NCBI RefSeq assembly: GCF_000018305.1
Contig: NC_009954.1
Coordinates: forward strand, 1,410,001 to 1,442,000
Source of the DNA: Caldivirga maquilingensis IC-167
GTDB lineage: Archaea; Thermoproteota; Thermoprotei; Thermoproteales; Thermocladiaceae
DNA: 32,000 nucleotides
Direction: 5' to 3'
Part shown: positions 30,887 through 32,000 of the stretch, piece after piece
How positions within the stretch are numbered: the first letter of the stretch is position 1
Layout of the letters: every line of letters begins with the position of its first letter
Notes under the pieces: model-generated
What the model saw: only the letters and a program-made list of their open reading frames with translations
Told to the model about the DNA's origin: nothing
The model's database searches: none
Translations under genes and position numbers: made by a program

Positions 30887-31837
30887 GTGATTTCACTTGG
30901 TGAGCTTATTGCTGAGTTCGTTAGGGTTCATAGAGGGGTTATGCATGATGTTGCTGACTTATACATGGGTCCATTCCCAAGTGGTGCACCGGCAATAACC
31001 ATTGATTCAGCAGCTAGGCTAGGGCTTAATGCGGGTTTCATTGGTGTTGTGGGTAATGATGACTTTGGACACATGATAATTAATAGGCTTAGGAGGGATG
31101 GTGTTGATACTCTTCGTGTGATTATTGATAATGATTCAATAACTGGGTTAGCCTTCGTGGCTTATGATCAATCAGGTTCAAGGAGATTCGTATTTAACCT
31201 CAAGTGGTCTTCATCAGCTAAATTAACACCAAGTCTCATTAACCCAGACTACTTTACAGGGGTTAGGGTTCTTCACGTTTCTGGGTCAACAATGTATATT
31301 GGTAAGGGGCCGAGGGATGCTTGCATTAAGGCAATGAGTGAGGCTAGGCGTAGAGGGGTCTTAGTGTCGTATGATCCGAATGTGAGGGTTGAGTTAATGA
31401 GTATTAATGATACTAGGGAATTATTCCTAAACTCACTAAGGCTAGTTAACGTACTCCTCATTAGTGAGGAGGAGGTTAACGTATTAATGGGTGGTGGAGG
31501 CGCCTTGGAGAATGCCATTAAATTGCTTAATAAGGGTCCTGAAATCATTGTTGTTAAGAGAGGCGTTAATGGTTCATTTGCGGTAAGTAGGGGTAATCAG
31601 TACCATGAGGAGTATGCCTTTGAGGTTAATGAGGTTGACCCAACGGGGGCTGGTGACGTATTTAATGCAGCCTTCATTTACGGTTACCTGAAGGGCTGGG
31701 GGATTAATCAAATACTTAAGTTTGCTAATGCCGCTGCGGCTATTAAGGTGACTAGAATGGGACCCATGGAGGGCCCTGGCGGCATTAATGAGGTTCTTGA
31801 ATTAATGAGGAAGGGTAAGCAACGCGGCGTTAAGTGA
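30875..31837 (+). CDS. PfkB-family carbohydrate kinase (2-keto-3-deoxygluconate kinase / ribokinase-like)
   Basis: N-terminal GELIAEF...GG motif region and C-terminal DPTGAGDVFNAAF anion-hole/catalytic-Asp motif. Confidence 0.85.
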   Translation: MNMDVISLGELIAEFVRVHRGVMHDVADLYMGPFPSGAPAITIDSAARLGLNAGFIGVVGNDDFGHMIINRLRRDGVDTLRVIIDNDSITGLAFVAYDQSGSRRFVFNLKWSSSAKLTPSLINPDYFTGVRVLHVSGSTMYIGKGPRDACIKAMSEARRRGVLVSYDPNVRVELMSINDTRELFLNSLRLVNVLLISEEEVNVLMGGGGALENAIKLLNKGPEIIVVKRGVNGSFAVSRGNQYHEEYAFEVNEVDPTGAGDVFNAAFIYGYLKGWGINQILKFANAAAAIKVTRMGPMEGPGGINEVLELMRKGKQRGVK

Positions 31838-32000
31838 ATTAAATATGTTTATAAATCTCATACCTATTAGAGGTGTGGTGATGAGCCTAGGCTGGGTGAT
31901 TGGTGAGCTTGGTTAATAGCGCTGATTATATGCAAGAGCCTCCTTAAGCATTAATACTTTAAAATAGGCGTAATGACTCCAACTAAATGGTAGCCTTCAG

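Noticed and set aside
213-31548. Antisense ORFs of 60-134 aa from the six-frame track: 213-422, 1834-2022, 2459-2680, 3179-3481, 3789-4082, 5293-5481, 6983-7249, 7947-8138, 10405-10809, 16123-16311, 16474-16779, 17123-17305, 18602-18799, 21780-22124, 24537-24758, 24765-25064, 26807-26998, 27783-28169, 28602-28946, 29326-29544, 31273-31548.
   Set aside because: Each lies entirely inside, and opposite to or out of frame with, a longer ORF that has clear family motifs. Their translations are low-complexity Ser/Leu/Pro/Thr-rich, as expected from reading the complement of purine-loaded codons. None has a TATA box at the right distance.
1-32000. Search for CRISPR arrays, IS elements, integrase/transposase genes, rRNA genes, inteins, and direct repeats of the tRNA-Ser or tRNA-Leu 3' ends (att sites).
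   Set aside because: None found by eye. The only tandem repeats are 765-820 and 30867-30886. PolB has normal length with contiguous motifs (no intein). No second copy of either tRNA 3' end occurs in the window.

Overview
This window is 32 kb of densely packed chromosomal DNA with about 40 genes on both strands. It reads as a hyperthermophilic crenarchaeon, probably Thermoproteales-like (Caldivirga/Vulcanisaeta type); that assignment is inference only.

Support seen in the sequence:
- Archaeal information genes: family B DNA polymerase, aIF2-alpha, Nop10, ribosomal protein L44e, KsgA.
- Two very GC-rich class II tRNAs (Ser-UGA and Leu-CAG, both with encoded CCA) in an AT-leaning background.
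- TTTAAA-type TATA boxes about 22-32 nt upstream of most start codons, implying leaderless mRNAs. GGTGA-type Shine-Dalgarno sequences or overlapping stop/start codons occur only inside operons.
- A strong purine excess on the coding strand.

Other content:
- An ECF-type transporter operon (S, fused A/A', T) next to a nicotinamidase.
- An HD phosphohydrolase, a sugar nucleotidyltransferase, a protein disulfide oxidoreductase and a prephenate dehydratase.
- A small wHTH regulator divergent from a 796-aa heavily sequon-loaded surface protein (beta-propeller plus five LP[DN]GxY Ig-like repeats plus a C-terminal anchor).
- A radical SAM/SPASM enzyme followed by a membrane-fused HdrE/HdrD-like CCG iron-sulfur protein.
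- A MazG-like pyrophosphohydrolase, and a methyltransferase / GT2 glycosyltransferase / small membrane protein group.
- A 5-formyl-THF cyclo-ligase-like gene, sdhBCD without an adjacent sdhA, a sulfatase-family protein, a Cys/Met-metabolism PLP enzyme, an MFS transporter and a PfkB sugar kinase.

I saw no CRISPR array, cas gene, integrase, transposase or IS terminus.

Most worth a second look:
1. A viral-type B116/DUF1874-like gene isolated between two long AT-rich non-coding stretches with palindromes, close to tRNA-Ser.
2. A degenerate tRNA-like cloverleaf with a perfect T-arm at 30707-30801.
3. The radical SAM/SPASM + HdrED-fusion pair.
4. Perfect palindromes sitting exactly between TATA box and start codon, especially a 24-bp one at 17585-17608.
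5. A perfect 28-bp tandem duplication carrying 12-bp palindromes at 765-820.
6. A sulfatase-family protein with Thr in place of the formylglycine Cys/Ser.

All family calls are by-eye motif recognition. No database search was run, and coordinates of alternative starts are my own reading.
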